62,869 bases of DNA, filler included, from Chlamydiia bacterium (GCA_903848235.1; 5 parts of 5 records of this genome joined end to end with filler, not necessarily neighbours in it), one strand, 5' to 3'; shown: positions 19,690 to 31,977, counted from the first letter of the whole stretch. Numbers and translations: made by a program. Notes: generated from the sequence alone by a model not told the origin.

Positions 19690-20673
19690 TCAGTTGCAAG
19701 GGCTCTCTTTATGTTGCAAGAGCGCCCGCTGGTAGGACCACGAGTGGATGTCGTGACAAAACAGCGGCCAGTCGCCTGCAGGGGGGATATACGTGGTTTG
19801 CGGAAGATGCTCGAAGAGAGAGCGGGCAATGGCAAAGATCTTCTCGGCACAGAAAACCATCGGGCAATACATCGAACCGAGCTGTCTTGCCGTAGCGAAT
19901 ATGCTGCCCATAATTTTTTGGAAGATGTTCTGTGGTTTTGAAGGATCGCTTAGAAGAGATGTTTGCCTGTCAGACAGCTTTCTCTTTTTGATGATGTGAG
20001 AGATGGTGCTGCAGATCCGTTTGAAAACATATGAAATGCGGGGAACGATATCTCCGAAAGCTACATAATTGCTGACCTTAAAAAAGCCTGAGGACTGTTT
20101 TACAACGCTCGCAGATCCAAAGGTGATAACACTGATCTGCCTGCGCTCTTCAGCGCAGAGCGATGTGCGGAGGGAATTGAGAAGGGCTCCTCCTGCTGAG
20201 TGCGCTATGATGACGAGTCTTGCCCTGGCCTGTGTGCGTTCAGCGTCGGGCTTCGTAGATGGAGCGGCTTCTATTTCGTGAAGATGATGCCGAATTGTGC
20301 TGAGGAGATGAGGGCTGCTGCGAGGCTGGTCAATTTTGGCAATTGTTTTTATCACTTGGAAGAGAGAAATAGGACAGAAGGAATAGTAGACCTTCGAATC
20401 ATTGAAAAGCTTAGAGATGCGAGAGGCGGCGTATTCACACATCGGTTTTGTATAGCCAATGCCATTGACAAAGAGAATGCGAACATTGTGGGCTACATCA
20501 TGCATTCCGACGCTACCATTTTCCGGAAGATGGCGTGAGAAAAGTGCGGCAAATGCATGCTTGATTCTGCTGACTGCTGTAGAGGCAAATCGCGCTACAG
20601 ACATAGGTGCGTGAGCAAGTCTAGATAAACCAGTGCTTACGAAATTTGAGATCCCTGATATTAGACTCGTCAT
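19690..20673 (-). CDS. Alpha/beta-hydrolase-like protein, paralog of 18208..19038
   Basis: LFVNGIG, AHSAGG, ITFGSA, GDIVP, late His. Confidence 0.65.
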   Translation of the reverse strand: MTSLISGISNFVSTGLSRLAHAPMSVARFASTAVSRIKHAFAALFSRHLPENGSVGMHDVAHNVRILFVNGIGYTKPMCEYAASRISKLFNDSKVYYSFCPISLFQVIKTIAKIDQPRSSPHLLSTIRHHLHEIEAAPSTKPDAERTQARARLVIIAHSAGGALLNSLRTSLCAEERRQISVITFGSASVVKQSSGFFKVSNYVAFGDIVPRISYVFKRICSTISHIIKKRKLSDRQTSLLSDPSKPQNIFQKIMGSIFATARQLGSMYCPMVFCAEKIFAIARSLFEHLPQTTYIPPAGDWPLFCHDIHSWSYQRALLQHKESPCN

Positions 20674-20776
20674 TTCCGCAATATTCCAATCTGTTAGATA
20701 TCGGATATGAAGAGCTTATATATATACGTTGCTTTTCCGTAAATTAGGATAGTTGATTTGAAACGTGAGCTGGACG

Positions 20777-22924
20777 TTAGGATGATCGTTCTGAAATGGA
20801 TTTCATTGGCGAATAGCCGGCAAGAATTTTGCGTTTTACCTGGTCGTTGGAAAAGACGACTTCATACGCCGTACCCGCTGAGGTTTCTGTCAGCCCTTCC
20901 ACCCTTCCAATGCCAAACTGGGGATGGAGGACGAGCTGCCCGGCAATGAATTTTTCAGATGATGGACGAGGGGTTTGAGGGAGAGGTTGTGGGGCTGCGG
21001 GCCGTGAGATTGTGGTGACAGCGCCGTGAGGTTTAATACACCCCGGAGGGATTTCTTTCATAAAGCGACTTACCCTCATATGATGGAGTCCGCCAAAGAG
21101 AAAACGACTTTGAGATGCGCTGACGAAAAGACGGTCTTTTGCTCGCGTCATTCCAACGTAGAAAAGTCGCCTTTCTTCCTCGATCTCTTCATTTCCCTTC
21201 TTAGCGTTGATATGGGGAAAGAGGTCTTCTTCAAGGCCTACAATAAACACAACGGGAAATTCAAGCCCTTTTGCATTATGAACGGTGGCAAGGGTGACCT
21301 GTGGGCCGCTGTCCCCTCGCTGATCGCGCGCTCCCTCGAGAACAAGCTCTTCTATGAAGAGCAGCGGGGAGATGCCATCGTGGAGGTCATCCCATTCCTG
21401 AGCGCGGCTTAGCAGCTGCTCTAAGTTCTCGCGCCGTTCGAGAACAGACTCTGGATCTTTTTCCAGGATTTCTTGATATCCGGAGTCGTGGATAGCGGCG
21501 GATATGAGGTCAAAAGCAGATCCTTGTTCTATGAGGCTGCGAAGAGAAGAGATGATAGTGCAGAACTTTGCCAGGCTCTCCTGCTGCTTTTTGGAGACAG
21601 TGCCATTGCCGGCAGCTGCGTCAAGCGCCACATCGTAGATAGGGCGGTTGGTGTCGGTTGCTGTCTGGCGGAGCTTTGCCATGGTGACATCGCCGATGCC
21701 GCGCCCTATTGTTTTTAATGCCCTTTCAAAGGCGATGAGGTCCTGTGGCAATGAGGCGATCTGGAGGAAGCTTAACACATCTTTGATCTCCCTTCTGGAG
21801 TAGAAGGGCGTCCCCCCCCAGATTCTATAGGGAATTCGATATTCGATCAGGCGGTCTTCAAGAGGGCGTGATTGTGCGTTGGTGCGGTATAGGATAGCGA
21901 TATGATCAAAGCCGATGTTCTCTTCTGTCAGCGAGTCAATTGTTGATGTGACAAACTCCGCTTCCTGGCGTTCTGTCTGCCCAATATAGCGAACGATGGG
22001 CTCTCCGCGTCCACGGTCGCTCCAGAGCGCTTTTTCAAGACGTCTCTCGTTGCAGCTAATCAGGGCGTTTGACGCTTCAAGGATGACATTGGTGCTGCGG
22101 TAGTTTTGTTCGAGGCGGATGACAGTGGCATTTGGAAAATGCTGCTGGAAGGAGAGGATATTTGTGATTTTCGCCCCGCGCCATGAGTAGATAGACTGGT
22201 CGGGGTCGCCAACGGCGAAGATATTCATCGTTGTCCCTACCAGTGAGGAGGCGAACTGGCATTGGCTGTCGCTTGTATCTTGATATTCATCGACGAGGAG
22301 GTGGTGCCAACGTTGGTGATATCGGCAGAGGGCCTCAGGAAACTGTTTGAAGAGCTCAATGGGCAGATAGATCAGGTCGTCAAAGTCAACGGCACCAGAT
22401 GTCTTGAGGCGTTGTTGGTACTGTTCAAAGATAGACTGGGTCAGAGAATCAAATGAGAGAAGAGAGGAAGGGTTGTTTTTAATCCGTGACAGAGCGGCTT
22501 TAAAGGTAGATAGCTCTGAGTCTTTGCATTGAATGCCACGATCTTTCAGGCAGTCTTTGAGTGTCTTTTCGCTATCATCTTCCGCATAGATGGCAAAGCT
22601 TTGCGGATATCCGAGCATGTTGATGGACTCTCTTAGAATCCGAGCTCCCAAACTGTGGAAAGTAGAGACTAATACTTCAGAGCCTACCAGATGGTGAACA
22701 CGCTCTCGCATCTCCTTGGCAGCCTTGTTGGTAAATGTCACGGCAGCGATGGTTTGCGGCAAGACGCCGGAGCGTATCAAGTGAGCGACGCGCATGGTGG
22801 CAACGCGCGTCTTGCCAGACCCAGCTCCTGCGATGACGAGGGCAGGTCCTCCAAGGTGGCATACCGCTTGGCGCTGCGCGGGGTTGAGGCGGTCAAACTC
22901 GCGATCGAACTGGGAGTGTTCCAC
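20777..22924 (-). CDS. uvrD: ATP-dependent DNA helicase UvrD/PcrA
   Basis: AGAGSGKT, TFTNKAA, DEYQD, GDPDQSIY, QNYRS, KGLEF, EERRLFYV. Confidence 0.96.
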   Translation of the reverse strand: MEHSQFDREFDRLNPAQRQAVCHLGGPALVIAGAGSGKTRVATMRVAHLIRSGVLPQTIAAVTFTNKAAKEMRERVHHLVGSEVLVSTFHSLGARILRESINMLGYPQSFAIYAEDDSEKTLKDCLKDRGIQCKDSELSTFKAALSRIKNNPSSLLSFDSLTQSIFEQYQQRLKTSGAVDFDDLIYLPIELFKQFPEALCRYHQRWHHLLVDEYQDTSDSQCQFASSLVGTTMNIFAVGDPDQSIYSWRGAKITNILSFQQHFPNATVIRLEQNYRSTNVILEASNALISCNERRLEKALWSDRGRGEPIVRYIGQTERQEAEFVTSTIDSLTEENIGFDHIAILYRTNAQSRPLEDRLIEYRIPYRIWGGTPFYSRREIKDVLSFLQIASLPQDLIAFERALKTIGRGIGDVTMAKLRQTATDTNRPIYDVALDAAAGNGTVSKKQQESLAKFCTIISSLRSLIEQGSAFDLISAAIHDSGYQEILEKDPESVLERRENLEQLLSRAQEWDDLHDGISPLLFIEELVLEGARDQRGDSGPQVTLATVHNAKGLEFPVVFIVGLEEDLFPHINAKKGNEEIEEERRLFYVGMTRAKDRLFVSASQSRFLFGGLHHMRVSRFMKEIPPGCIKPHGAVTTISRPAAPQPLPQTPRPSSEKFIAGQLVLHPQFGIGRVEGLTETSAGTAYEVVFSNDQVKRKILAGYSPMKSISERSS

Positions 22925-22948
22925 GAATAATATCTCCAGAAAAGGGCC

Positions 22949-23181
22949 TATGCCTAAACAAGTTGAAAAATTGGTTTTTGCCTAGTTCTCGACTTTGCAA
23001 ATTTTTGGGCCCATCTTCGGCGAGAAGCTTCCCACAGCTAAATGAATTTCTCAGGAAGGGTGAAAATACCCATTCCTTCGAAATTCATTACGCTGTGGTT
23101 TGCTTCTCCCTCGAATAGAGGGCCCAAAAATTTGCAAAGTCGAGTTGGCCGAAAACCAATTTTTCAACTTGTTTGGGTATG
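22949..23181. repeat. Long palindromic MITE (233 bp)
   Basis: Arms TATGCCTAAACAAGTTGAAAAATTGG..CTCGACTTTGCAAATTTTTGGGCCC and the reverse complement. Confidence 0.85.
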
Positions 23182-23220
23182 TAATTATAGCCGGTAGAGG
23201 GAGGATCTGCAAGGTGAGTT

Positions 23221-23985
23221 TCAGGCTGGAGCGAGAACGAACACCGGTTGGTGTCCAGTATATTCGAAGGTGTTCAAATCACAGGGTGAAAAGCCAAAGG
23301 TGGCGACACATCTCCAGCCTTCAAAGATTTTATTTATGCGCTTTTCGCCGTATTGACGATGAGCATTCCAGAATAAATGATCTTTTCCTACTGGGATGGA
23401 AAGAATGAGAAGTCCCCCCTCTTTGAGCATGCCCTTCGCTTGCCGCATCCATTGAATGTCGCCATCTGGATTGATGGGGTCACCGTATCGGCCAAGCCCA
23501 TCGTGCTCAAGACTAGAGACAGAGAGAACGACATCAAATTTTCGAGGGGTTTTGGCATATTCTTCAACGGTCATCACCTCTAACAATGGATGGTCCGTTA
23601 CAATCTTGTTGTATTCGATTGTGGTGGGTTTTCCATCAAAGCTCAGGACGATAGCTTCATACCAGGGAACCACCGAGCCTATGATGGCAACATCTTTTCC
23701 GGTAATAGAAAAGGTTGAAAGGGCGTTGTAGAGGTATTCGTCGGTCTGTCCGTAATAATTTTGTTCTCGTCGATCTGCTTTTGCTACGAGTTCATCGATG
23801 ACCTCTTTTGAATATACGTTCGGTTCTGTTTGGTTGGTGGTGCCGTCCAGATACATGTTGGTGACGGGGATTTCCCCATTACAGGTAAATCTACTCCACA
23901 GCTCTTCCGGGATTTGCCGAGGGGGCTCGGCGGCAAGGTTATATGTGATCATGAATAATAGACCGAGAATATAGCAGTACTGCAT
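23221..23985 (-). CDS. DUF268-family methyltransferase-like protein
   Basis: IIGSVVPWYE, SSLEHDGLGRYGDPINPDGD, NAHRQYG. Confidence 0.8.
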   Translation of the reverse strand: MQYCYILGLLFMITYNLAAEPPRQIPEELWSRFTCNGEIPVTNMYLDGTTNQTEPNVYSKEVIDELVAKADRREQNYYGQTDEYLYNALSTFSITGKDVAIIGSVVPWYEAIVLSFDGKPTTIEYNKIVTDHPLLEVMTVEEYAKTPRKFDVVLSVSSLEHDGLGRYGDPINPDGDIQWMRQAKGMLKEGGLLILSIPVGKDHLFWNAHRQYGEKRINKIFEGWRCVATFGFSPCDLNTFEYTGHQPVFVLAPA

Positions 23986-24168
23986 TGTCTCACCTTCGTG
24001 ACCGGTCAAAAAAAACGGGAGCTCTTCCTTAGATAGCACAAGATTTTAAATTTTGACAGCGTTTCATTTCGTACTGTCGATTATATCAAGAAATTCAGGG
24101 TTCCGGCTACTCTGCCATTGCAAGGGCCTCGCCCGAGTGCGGCCATGTTTGAAGAGGGGTGTTTTCAG

Positions 24169-25422
24169 ATGATTGTTGCCTGTTATCGTTTCTGTTTTTT
24201 GTATTGCCTTGCAGTTTCTGGCCTCCTTCTGGGGCGTGTAGAGGTTGGTATCGATCGTTTGTTTCAGCCAGAGTATCTTGCCCTTGTCGAAAACAAGAAG
24301 GTTGGCATCATCACGAATCAGACAGGTGTCAATAGCCATCTTGAGGGAACGCTTGATCTGTTTGAGCGACAGCATGCTGCTGGGAAGCTTTCGTTAGTGT
24401 GCGTCTTTGCTCCTGAACACGGGTTGACAGGAGAAGAGTATGCTGGCGACAACGTCATGGATCAAAAGACGGGCAAGGGAATCCCCGTCTACAGTTTGCA
24501 TGGAGCTACTCGCAGGCCAACGGCGCAGATGCTCAAAGGACTCGATGTCATTGTCTACGATATTCAAGATATTGGATGTCGCTCATATACCTTTGCCTCA
24601 ACGCTTTTCTATGCCATGGAAGAGGCGGCGAAAAAAGGCATCGACGTGGTGGTCCTTGACCGGCCAAACCCTATGGGGGGGAAGATAGCCGACGGCCCTA
24701 TGCTTGATAATCGATATCGTTCGTTTGTAGGCTATGTGAACGTAGCCTATTGCCATGGGATGACCATTGGTGAGCTGTCCGAGTTTTTCAACGGGGAATA
24801 CAAGGTTGGATGCAACCTTACCGTGGTGCCTATGAAAGGATGGAAGCGCGGCATGAGGTTTGAAGAGACGGGTCTTGCTTGGATTCCGACAAGTCCTAAT
24901 ATTCCAGAACCGTCCAGCCCCTTTTTCTACCCTGCCACCGGTATCTTAGGAGAGCTGCAGTTGGTGTCAACAGGCATTGGCGGCTCTTTGCCTTTTAAAA
25001 TTGTGGTCGCTCCGTGGATTGACCGCAAGGGGTTGGCGCGGAGGCTTAACCAGGGAGGGCTTGAGGGAGTTCACTTCCAGGAGACGCGAGTCAAGCCGTA
25101 TACTGGAAAGAATGCCGCCAAGCTGTGCGAAGGGGTATTGATCATTCCTACCGACTGGAATCGTTTTAATCCAATACGGGTACAGTACTTGCTGTTTGAC
25201 GTCCTCAAGCAGATGTATCCAAAGCAGTTTCGTCAAGCGCTCTTGGGATTGGGGAAGCAGCTAGAATTTTTCCACCGGGTGTGTGGATCGCCAGCGGTCT
25301 ATGAGATCCTCTTACAAGAGGATCATCTGTATCAGAAGCTCGTTACCCTGCATACTGAAGAGCGGCATACGTTCCTCAAGCTTCGGCAAAAATACCTGAA
25401 TCCTCTCTATTCAGACGGATAG
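24169..25422 (+). CDS. namZ: Exo-beta-N-acetylmuramidase NamZ (DUF1343)
   Basis: ITNQTG, FAPEHG, YDIQDIGCRSYT, LDRPNP, HGMTIGE, TSPNIP. Confidence 0.92.
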   Translation: MIVACYRFCFLYCLAVSGLLLGRVEVGIDRLFQPEYLALVENKKVGIITNQTGVNSHLEGTLDLFERQHAAGKLSLVCVFAPEHGLTGEEYAGDNVMDQKTGKGIPVYSLHGATRRPTAQMLKGLDVIVYDIQDIGCRSYTFASTLFYAMEEAAKKGIDVVVLDRPNPMGGKIADGPMLDNRYRSFVGYVNVAYCHGMTIGELSEFFNGEYKVGCNLTVVPMKGWKRGMRFEETGLAWIPTSPNIPEPSSPFFYPATGILGELQLVSTGIGGSLPFKIVVAPWIDRKGLARRLNQGGLEGVHFQETRVKPYTGKNAAKLCEGVLIIPTDWNRFNPIRVQYLLFDVLKQMYPKQFRQALLGLGKQLEFFHRVCGSPAVYEILLQEDHLYQKLVTLHTEERHTFLKLRQKYLNPLYSDG

Positions 25423-25449
25423 TTGGCAGTCAAAGATCGAGAATGCTAA
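25423..25449 (+). promoter_or_regulatory. CIRCE (HrcA operator) upstream of groES
   Basis: TTGGCAGTC-N9-GAATGCTAA vs consensus TTAGCACTC-N9-GAGTGCTAA. Confidence 0.8.
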
Positions 25450-25465
25450 AAACAAGACCTTTCTC

Positions 25466-25496
25466 TTGACAGAAATCGGGGTCAGCCAGATACAAT
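25466..25496 (+). promoter_or_regulatory. Possible sigma66/70 promoter of groESL
   Basis: TTGACA...TACAAT, but the spacer is a long 19 bp. Confidence 0.4.
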
Positions 25497-25506
25497 CTCC
25501 TTTCCG

Positions 25507-25533
25507 CTAGCACATCGACTTTTGATTTGCCAA
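25507..25533 (+). promoter_or_regulatory. Second degenerate CIRCE
   Basis: TAGCA-N15-TGCCAA. Confidence 0.5.
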
Positions 25534-25546
25534 GCGGAATCAAGTT

Positions 25547-25873
25547 ATGTCAGAAGAACTCGGGAGACCACGAATGATGAAAGTTAATCCTCTCGGCAAC
25601 CGTGTATTGGTGCGACGCTCTACGGTAAAATCAACGAAGGGGGGCATCCTCCTTCCCGATACCGCCCAAGAAAAACCAAAAGAGGGCGAAATTCTCGCTG
25701 TCGGCCCAGGAAAAACGAACGACCGCGGCGAAATAGAGCCTCTTAACGTTAAGATTGGCGATCACGTGATCTTCGGTTCCTATGCAGGGACAGAAGTGAA
25801 AGGAATGAATGATGACAAGGAATACCTTCTCCTCACAGAAGATGAGATCCTTGGAATCGTAACAGAAAAATAA
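25547..25873 (+). CDS. groES: Co-chaperonin GroES
   Basis: PLGNRVLV, TKGGILLPDTAQEKP, YAGTEV. Confidence 0.97.
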   Translation: MSEELGRPRMMKVNPLGNRVLVRRSTVKSTKGGILLPDTAQEKPKEGEILAVGPGKTNDRGEIEPLNVKIGDHVIFGSYAGTEVKGMNDDKEYLLLTEDEILGIVTEK

Positions 25874-25905
25874 TCGGCTCGATGTTTTAGCTACGTATTT
25901 CCTGA

Positions 25906-27603
<1,698 letters not shown>

Positions 27604-27614
27604 ACATATTAAGA

Positions 27615-27654
27615 AGCACAACGCCGCTCATAGCGGCGTTGTGCTCTTTTTTTT
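27615..27654 (+). terminator. Rho-independent terminator of groESL
   Basis: 14-bp perfect stem AGCACAACGCCGCT/AGCGGCGTTGTGCT followed by a T run. Confidence 0.9.
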
Positions 27655-27670
27655 AACCATATGTCATACT

Positions 27671-27913
27671 ATGCCAACATACGAATACCATTGCTCACAG
27701 TGTAACGAGATCAAAGAGATCGTTCAGAAAATCAACGATCCCGAATTGAAGATCTGTCCTGACTGTCACAAAGAGACTCTTACGAAACGGATCTCGTCTT
27801 CTATCAGCCTTCAGTTCAAAGGCTCAGGGTTCTACGCCACCGACTACCCGAAAAAATCCTCATGCTGCGGCGGCTGCGGCGGCAAATGCTCTAAAAAGCA
27901 CGACGCTGAGTAA
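27671..27913 (+). CDS. FmdB-family zinc-ribbon protein
   Basis: MPTYEYHCSQC...CPDC...FKGSGFYATDY. Confidence 0.9.
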   Translation: MPTYEYHCSQCNEIKEIVQKINDPELKICPDCHKETLTKRISSSISLQFKGSGFYATDYPKKSSCCGGCGGKCSKKHDAE

Positions 27914-27978
27914 CGCCCCTTACATTTTCTTAACGTACGATAGATACAGTAAAAATCTATCTACGTAGGGTAAGGGAT

Positions 27979-30316
27979 ATGCAGAAGATTTTTTTTCCAT
28001 TTTTTCTCATTTGTCTATTGATCGTCGCTACTGCCTCTGGGGTAGACCCAAGGGCAGCTCATGTCATGGCTCAGTTGCAATTTCTGCCTCTCTGGTGTCA
28101 ACCTTCACTATTCTTTTTAAAGGATGGCGGCGCTGTTTTTGATGGCTATCGTATCGAAAAAGAAATGGATGGGTGTGGGCATGTTGTTGGGGTGACGTTG
28201 GTGCGGGACAGAGATGGGAGTGTTGAGGAAAGAGTCGATGCTACGTGGGAGAGCGGATGCTCGATGGACCGTCTGGTACGTGTCGCTGGCGATGGGATTA
28301 CGCATCTGTTCGAATATGATGAACACGATTGCGCGGTTCGGCATGTGCTGGTGGGTAATCTCAGTGGGAAGAGCGACGCTTGTGAGGAGTATGAAACGAT
28401 TTTTCGCTTTGATGCCAGTTTCCGCCCTATAGAAATCCAAGAGGAAAATGGCAAGGTACAGCTGTTGAAGTATCCTGACACCGTAAATCCCTTCGTGGTT
28501 GTTGTCGAACGTGGTGTAGGACGCGCTGTTCGCCAGGCGGTTTTCAATGGAGACCTTGAGTTTGAGCAGATAGAAGATGACGGGTGGACGGTTGATATCA
28601 ACGATCTGTCACATGTGAGTTGGCGACGGTGGAAGAAGGCTTGCGTAGAGGATTCTTGGGGGAAGATCTGTCAGACAGTGACCATTGGTGCTTATGACCC
28701 GAAAAAAGGCCAGGACGTCGTGCTCAGACGGGAAAGTTCTCTGCTGGCAACGAATGGCGATGTTCTGAAGACAGAGGTGTTTGACAGTGATGGCGCCCTT
28801 GTGAGCACGACGTTGGGGCGGCAGGATGGTTGTCACCTCGATCCTTCGAGCATTGATGACATCCGCGAATTTATCAGAGAGATTCTTTCGGGAATCCCTT
28901 CGAAGGCCGTGCCAACGAAGAAGCCGTTCGAAGGCGGGGGCGAGCTTGTCTATGCGAGGAATACTTCGCGAAGGCAGTGGGCAAGTGTTATCTATAAAGA
29001 TGGCACGCAGGAGAGCTGTGAATATGACCGTGACGGCTCTTTATCGCAGATTGTCTATAGAGATGGCCGTAGGGTTGTTGTAAAGAGGGAGTGCGGTGGG
29101 CGTTTGTTATCCGCCTTAGAATGGGAAGCAGGAGCCGTAGCCGCTTCTCATACCACGAATGAGTACCAAGGGCCCTTCCTTAGTGCTTGGATGACGGATG
29201 GCGTGGCCGAATGTCGTATGGGAAGAGATTGCTTTGGGCGTGTGACGACGATAGATATCAAGGGGAAGGATGGTGCTTCAGGGTATGCCATACGATACGA
29301 TCTGCTGGATCGAGTCATAGGTGTTGAGGTGACAGGTCGCGATGCGTGGAGCTATGAGAGATTGTTTTCTGTAGATGGAACAGAGGTGACGACAGAGTAT
29401 ACAAACGGCGGTGTGACGACGGTTGTCCATGAGGTAAGAAGCCCTGAGGGAGCTGTACAAACACGAGAAGAAGAGGCCGCTCCCGGGCAGTCATTTCTCT
29501 ATTCCTATGACACAGAAGGGCGCCTGCTGCGCATTGACCGAAGCTTCGATGGAAAAAACTCCATGATCGTTGAGAAGCAGTATGTGAAGGCCGTTGACGG
29601 GACGCTGTATCAAGAGACATCGAGCTTTTCAGATGGAACAACACAGATTGAGGAGCGGAGGGATGCGGGGAAGCTGCTACGCCACATATGGACCAATGCC
29701 GATGGCACTACTGCATTAGAGGAGAAGACAATATCTACCGATGATCGAGGTTCGAAATCTGTCCAGCGTACTGCTGGGACTGAGGTGAGCACCGTTGAGT
29801 GGAAGGTCGGAGACAATGGCCACCTGACGCAGGTTGGAGGGACGACTTTTGAATATGACCCTTCAGGCCGCTGTATAGTAAAGCGCTCTGCAATGGGACA
29901 TGAGGTGCATTATGAGTGGAATGCCAAGAGGCAGATGAAGAGGCAGTTCTGTGTTGACGGATCTATTGACTATCGATTTTCATATGATGATAAGGGGCGG
30001 ATTTGCCGCGCCTTTGATGCTGTTGCACAGAAGGCTGTGATTCGCTCTTTTGATAGCAAGGGTCGTCTGGCGAGCGATGGTGAGACGGCGTCACACGTGC
30101 AGGGCGCCTACGATGATACTGGTGCGTTGCTGCGCCTTGAGCTGCCTGGTGGCGCTGTCCTTCGCTATGATGGCAAGAGGGTCTATAAAGAGGGGGAAGG
30201 ACGGGCATGGAATGTAGAAACAGGCACGACGAAGAGTGTCTTAGGGAAGACAGCTTTGATGTGCTTCGAGGTAGGAGAGATGGAATTCCAGGATCCATTA
30301 GGATGCTGGAAGGAGA
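27979..30316 (+). CDS. Secreted RHS/YD-repeat protein, 3'-truncated by gap
   Basis: Signal peptide; YDxxGR repeats (YDTEGRL, YDPSGR, YDDKGR). Confidence 0.75.
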
Positions 30317-30416
30317 NNNNNNNNNNNNNNNNNNNNNNNNNNNNNNNNNNNNNNNNNNNNTTAATTAATTAANNNNNNNNNNNNNNNNNNNNNNNNNNNN
30401 NNNNNNNNNNNNNNNN
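30317..30416. other. Artificial contig linker
   Basis: N44-TTAATTAATTAA-N44. Confidence 0.98.
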
Positions 30417-30417
30417 C

Positions 30418-31323
30418 GTCTACGGTGATAGCAGAGTGGCTCCAGGGGAGTCCGGTTCATTTAATAGCACGATTCTTGGAGCTATGAACGCAAAGATTGC
30501 AAAACTTCATCCTAAACCAGAAGTTGCCTTTTTTCTTGGCGATTGTGTGCGTCCTGCTTGGTCTCGTGACTACGTTCATAATAATGTTCTCGACTGGAAA
30601 AAATTTATGAAACGCACTCTGGGAGATATTCCATGCTATGTTGCCATTGGTAACAACGATCTATATGGCAATACTGGGTGGACTGAAAAGCCTCTTCAGG
30701 GTGAGTGGCAGGATGCCTTTGATTCATATTCATCGAACGGCCCTGAGAACTACAGAAGCTTGGCCTATTCTATTACACACGGTAAAGGAAAGGAGCGTTG
30801 CCTTTTTGTCGTTCTCGATTCTTTCGGCTTTTATACACAGAACGGTGCGTTGGTCAATTTTGACAACGGTATTGATCAGGAACAGCTGAAATGGTTCGCC
30901 CAAAAAGCGAAAATGAGCAAGGCTCAGTACAAGTTTGTTCTTAGCCACGGACCTGCCTTTTCGATCGAGGGGTGGCCAGTCCACGCTTCGATTCGTAAGG
31001 TTTGGGACCTTATGGGAAAACACCGTTTTGACGGATTTTATTGTGCGCACGAACACATCTTTTCTCGTTGGAACATCACCAAAAGTGTATATCCTAGTGC
31101 CGACCACATGATGGTTCAGACTATTGTAGGCAGCGCAGGATCACCTCTTGATGACATTTCTCTCGTCAAAGTCAATTTTCACAAGGCCCACATCCACAGA
31201 AACTATGCTTTCGTCGTTGTTGATATAGGAAAGCATAAAATGGTGCAGAAGACCTATGCTTTGCTTCCGAACGGTACAGGGTACACTACTCGTCTGATTG
31301 ATAGATTTGAGAGAAAAAAATAG
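30418..31323 (+). CDS. Calcineurin-like metallophosphoesterase, 5'-truncated
   Basis: YGDSR, FLGD, IGNND, LSHGP, AHEH. Confidence 0.85.
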   Translation, partial: VYGDSRVAPGESGSFNSTILGAMNAKIAKLHPKPEVAFFLGDCVRPAWSRDYVHNNVLDWKKFMKRTLGDIPCYVAIGNNDLYGNTGWTEKPLQGEWQDAFDSYSSNGPENYRSLAYSITHGKGKERCLFVVLDSFGFYTQNGALVNFDNGIDQEQLKWFAQKAKMSKAQYKFVLSHGPAFSIEGWPVHASIRKVWDLMGKHRFDGFYCAHEHIFSRWNITKSVYPSADHMMVQTIVGSAGSPLDDISLVKVNFHKAHIHRNYAFVVVDIGKHKMVQKTYALLPNGTGYTTRLIDRFERKK

Positions 31324-31365
31324 GCTAATGTCCAGTTGTAGTCGTATCTTTTCTCCAGTATCATA

Positions 31366-31905
31366 ATGTTGGAGAATTTTGGGTTAATGAAATATTTGTT
31401 AGACGGATACAATATTTTGTTCCGCGAAAGAGATACGAACGGCTCTTTGGAAAGTCAAAGAATGCGGCTATTTGAGAAATTGAATCTTTTGGCTGAGGCA
31501 ACACATCTCAATCTTATCGTTGTTTTAGACTCTCATCAGCAAGCAGGAGAGTTGGAGCGACACCACTACCACTCTCTTGAAATTATCTATACAGATTTTG
31601 ATCAAACTGCAGATGATTATATTATTGAATATGTTGAATGCCTTCCCTTGAGCAAACGGAATCGGGTGAAGGTTGTCTCTTCCGATAGAACGCTGATGCA
31701 AAAAGTTCGTTTCGAACGCGTAGAGGCGCTGTCTGTCCCTGCTTTTTTCAAAGAAGTAGAAAGAAAAGCTCACTCTCTATTGTTGAAAAATACGGAACCT
31801 CACCGATCTGTCCAATCTTCAAAAAAAGCAGAGAAGTGCTCTCACCCTGATCTGAGTGATAAGGCGTTGATCGCACTTTTTGAAGCCCGTGTTAAACAGC
31901 CTTGA
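31366..31905 (+). CDS. NYN/YacP-like ribonuclease domain protein
   Basis: LLDGYN, VVLD, TADDYI, VVSSD. Confidence 0.85.
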   Translation: MLENFGLMKYLLDGYNILFRERDTNGSLESQRMRLFEKLNLLAEATHLNLIVVLDSHQQAGELERHHYHSLEIIYTDFDQTADDYIIEYVECLPLSKRNRVKVVSSDRTLMQKVRFERVEALSVPAFFKEVERKAHSLLLKNTEPHRSVQSSKKAEKCSHPDLSDKALIALFEARVKQP

Positions 31906-31977
31906 TCTTGCCGCTAGATTTCAAAGATGTTTTGTGTAAAATTTTGGCTTCATTTTGAAACATATCGGGAGGACGTT

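Noticed and set aside
19548..19690. tmRNA near smpB
   Set aside because: No tRNA-like ends or tag reading frame seen.
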